From Planctomycetota bacterium (lineage in GTDB: Bacteria > Planctomycetota > UBA1135 > UBA2386), in contig OZ245006.1 in NCBI GenBank assembly GCA_965223545.1, positions 5,408,001 through 5,472,000 on the forward strand: DNA of 64,000 bases, read 5' to 3'. Shown in pieces: positions 62,773 through 64,000 of this stretch; within the stretch, counting starts at the first letter, position 1, and each line of letters opens with the position of its first letter. The notes under the pieces are model-generated. The model was not told where the DNA came from. It ran no database searches and saw only the letters and a list, made by a program, of their open reading frames with translations. The translations under genes and the position numbers were made by a program.

Positions 62773-63749
62773 AGCTCGAGGTCCGCGCGTGGAGACCCGG
62801 GGACCACTCCGCGTTCTTGGACCTGCACAACCGCTGCTTCGATGTGCGTCGCAGCGCCGATCACTGGCGCTGGCTACACGCGGCTCCGGGACAGACGGCG
62901 CCGATGCTGACCGGCGCGTTCGCGGCGGACGGGCGCTGCCTCGCGGCGCATGCGGGCGTCGAGCTGCGGATGGCGGTCGGCGGCACGACCGTTCGGTCGG
63001 TGCTTTGCGGCGATGTCGCGGTCGCGCCCGAGCTGCGCGATCGAGGCTTGCGCAGCGGGCGTTTGTTGCTCTCCGTCTGCCGTGAGTTCTTCGCGGCCCA
63101 TGGCGGTGCCGGCACGGCATTGCTGTGGGGCTTCGCGGCACCGCCGCTGCAACGCGTGCTCACGCGCCACTTGGCCATGGAGGTCGTCAACGACGTCGTC
63201 TTCGCGGTGCGCGATTTCGCTCAACAGGCTGCCGAGTCGAGGCCGGCAGCGGTGACGGACGCGCTCCCGCCTGCCGAGCAGATCGACGCGCTGTGGGAGC
63301 GGTGCCGTCCCGCGGACGGGGCGAGTGTCGTGCGGGATGCCGCGTACCTCGATTGGCGCTATCAGCGCCATCCGCAGGTCCGGAATCACTGGTTGGTGTT
63401 GCCGGCGCACGGTGGGGATCGGCTGCGAGGGCTCTGCATATGGCGGCGAGGCGGCTGGCGGGATGACCTCGCCCAGCTGCAGGAGTGGGTGGTGGCCGAG
63501 GACGACCTCGAAGCCGAGAAGCTGCTGCTCGCCGCCCTGGCCGCCGCCGCATCCGCGGCGGGGAGTCGAGGAGTCGCCACCTGGGTGCCCACGACCAGCG
63601 CATTGTTCCATAGGCTGCAGTGCGAGCACGGCTACTTCGCGCAGCCGACGCCATACCAGCTGTTGGCGCGGAGCTGGTCACCCCGCCTGCCGCGCGCTTG
63701 GTTGCACCAGCACTGGTGGCGCACGTTCGGCGACATGGACTTCATGTGA
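62769..63749 (+). CDS. GNAT family protein (two-domain)
   Basis: DVAVAPELR, WGF, VRDAAYLDWRY..HP, GDMD tail; ATGA overlap with upstream gene. Confidence 0.78.
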   Translation: MKLEVRAWRPGDHSAFLDLHNRCFDVRRSADHWRWLHAAPGQTAPMLTGAFAADGRCLAAHAGVELRMAVGGTTVRSVLCGDVAVAPELRDRGLRSGRLLLSVCREFFAAHGGAGTALLWGFAAPPLQRVLTRHLAMEVVNDVVFAVRDFAQQAAESRPAAVTDALPPAEQIDALWERCRPADGASVVRDAAYLDWRYQRHPQVRNHWLVLPAHGGDRLRGLCIWRRGGWRDDLAQLQEWVVAEDDLEAEKLLLAALAAAASAAGSRGVATWVPTTSALFHRLQCEHGYFAQPTPYQLLARSWSPRLPRAWLHQHWWRTFGDMDFM

Positions 63750-63762
63750 CACAGCGCTTGGG

Positions 63763-64000
63763 TCAGCCCAACGCCAGTCGGGTCGCCGTCCGCGCGGCGA
63801 GCACGACGGTGACCGCGAGCCCCACCGTGGCGACCGCGACCAGCGGCTTGGATCCGCCGGTACGCAGGGTGAGCCACAAGAGGATCGCGGCGAGCAGCGG
63901 GTTGCCGAGCACGGTGAGGGCCTGGGCGACGGTGATGAGCTCGACCGGTGAGCGGCCGCTGCCTTCCACCCAGAGCGCGACCAGCATGCCGGTGATCAGC
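63763..64000 (-). CDS. NRAMP-like divalent metal transporter, 3' end (partial)
   Basis: PVELITVAQALTVLGNPLLAAILLWL transmembrane motif. Confidence 0.65.
   Translation of the reverse strand, partial: LITGMLVALWVEGSGRSPVELITVAQALTVLGNPLLAAILLWLTLRTGGSKPLVAVATVGLAVTVVLAARTATRLALG

Overview
High-GC (roughly 70%+) chromosomal window with about 46 genes, most consistent with an uncultured Planctomycetota lineage (inference from the ECF-fusion proteins and the secreted FG-GAP, kelch and S8 proteins). Contents in order: BtpA end, GT4, DUF2062/AsmA-like protein, S8 protease, PQQ propeller, outer-membrane barrel, lpxA coupled to two M16 pseudo-proteases, two Stf0-like sulfotransferases, a degenerate PTS enzyme I, trehalose synthase/phosphatase divergent from a GH15, two membrane-anchored ECF sigma factors flanking secreted proteins, TetR- and PadR-controlled hydrolase modules, an RTX-repeat protein with four 393-bp repeats, an ABC exporter with MarR and GNAT, an H-NOX plus HNOBA hybrid kinase, Fpg, a low-GC islet (tRNA-like remnant, HNH nuclease, HEAT-like gene), BlaI/BlaR1-like pair, epimerase/DHDPS pair, CocE hydrolase, methyltransferase, GNAT and an NRAMP end. 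The most striking signal is a loosely conserved C-terminal domain of about 110-140 aa on six unrelated secreted proteins, a candidate sorting or surface-anchoring signal, linked to a family of Ig-like ectodomain proteins that occur both with and without an ECF sigma factor. No CRISPR array, rRNA, intact tRNA, integrase or transposase was seen. All family calls are from motif recognition by eye; no database searches were run.
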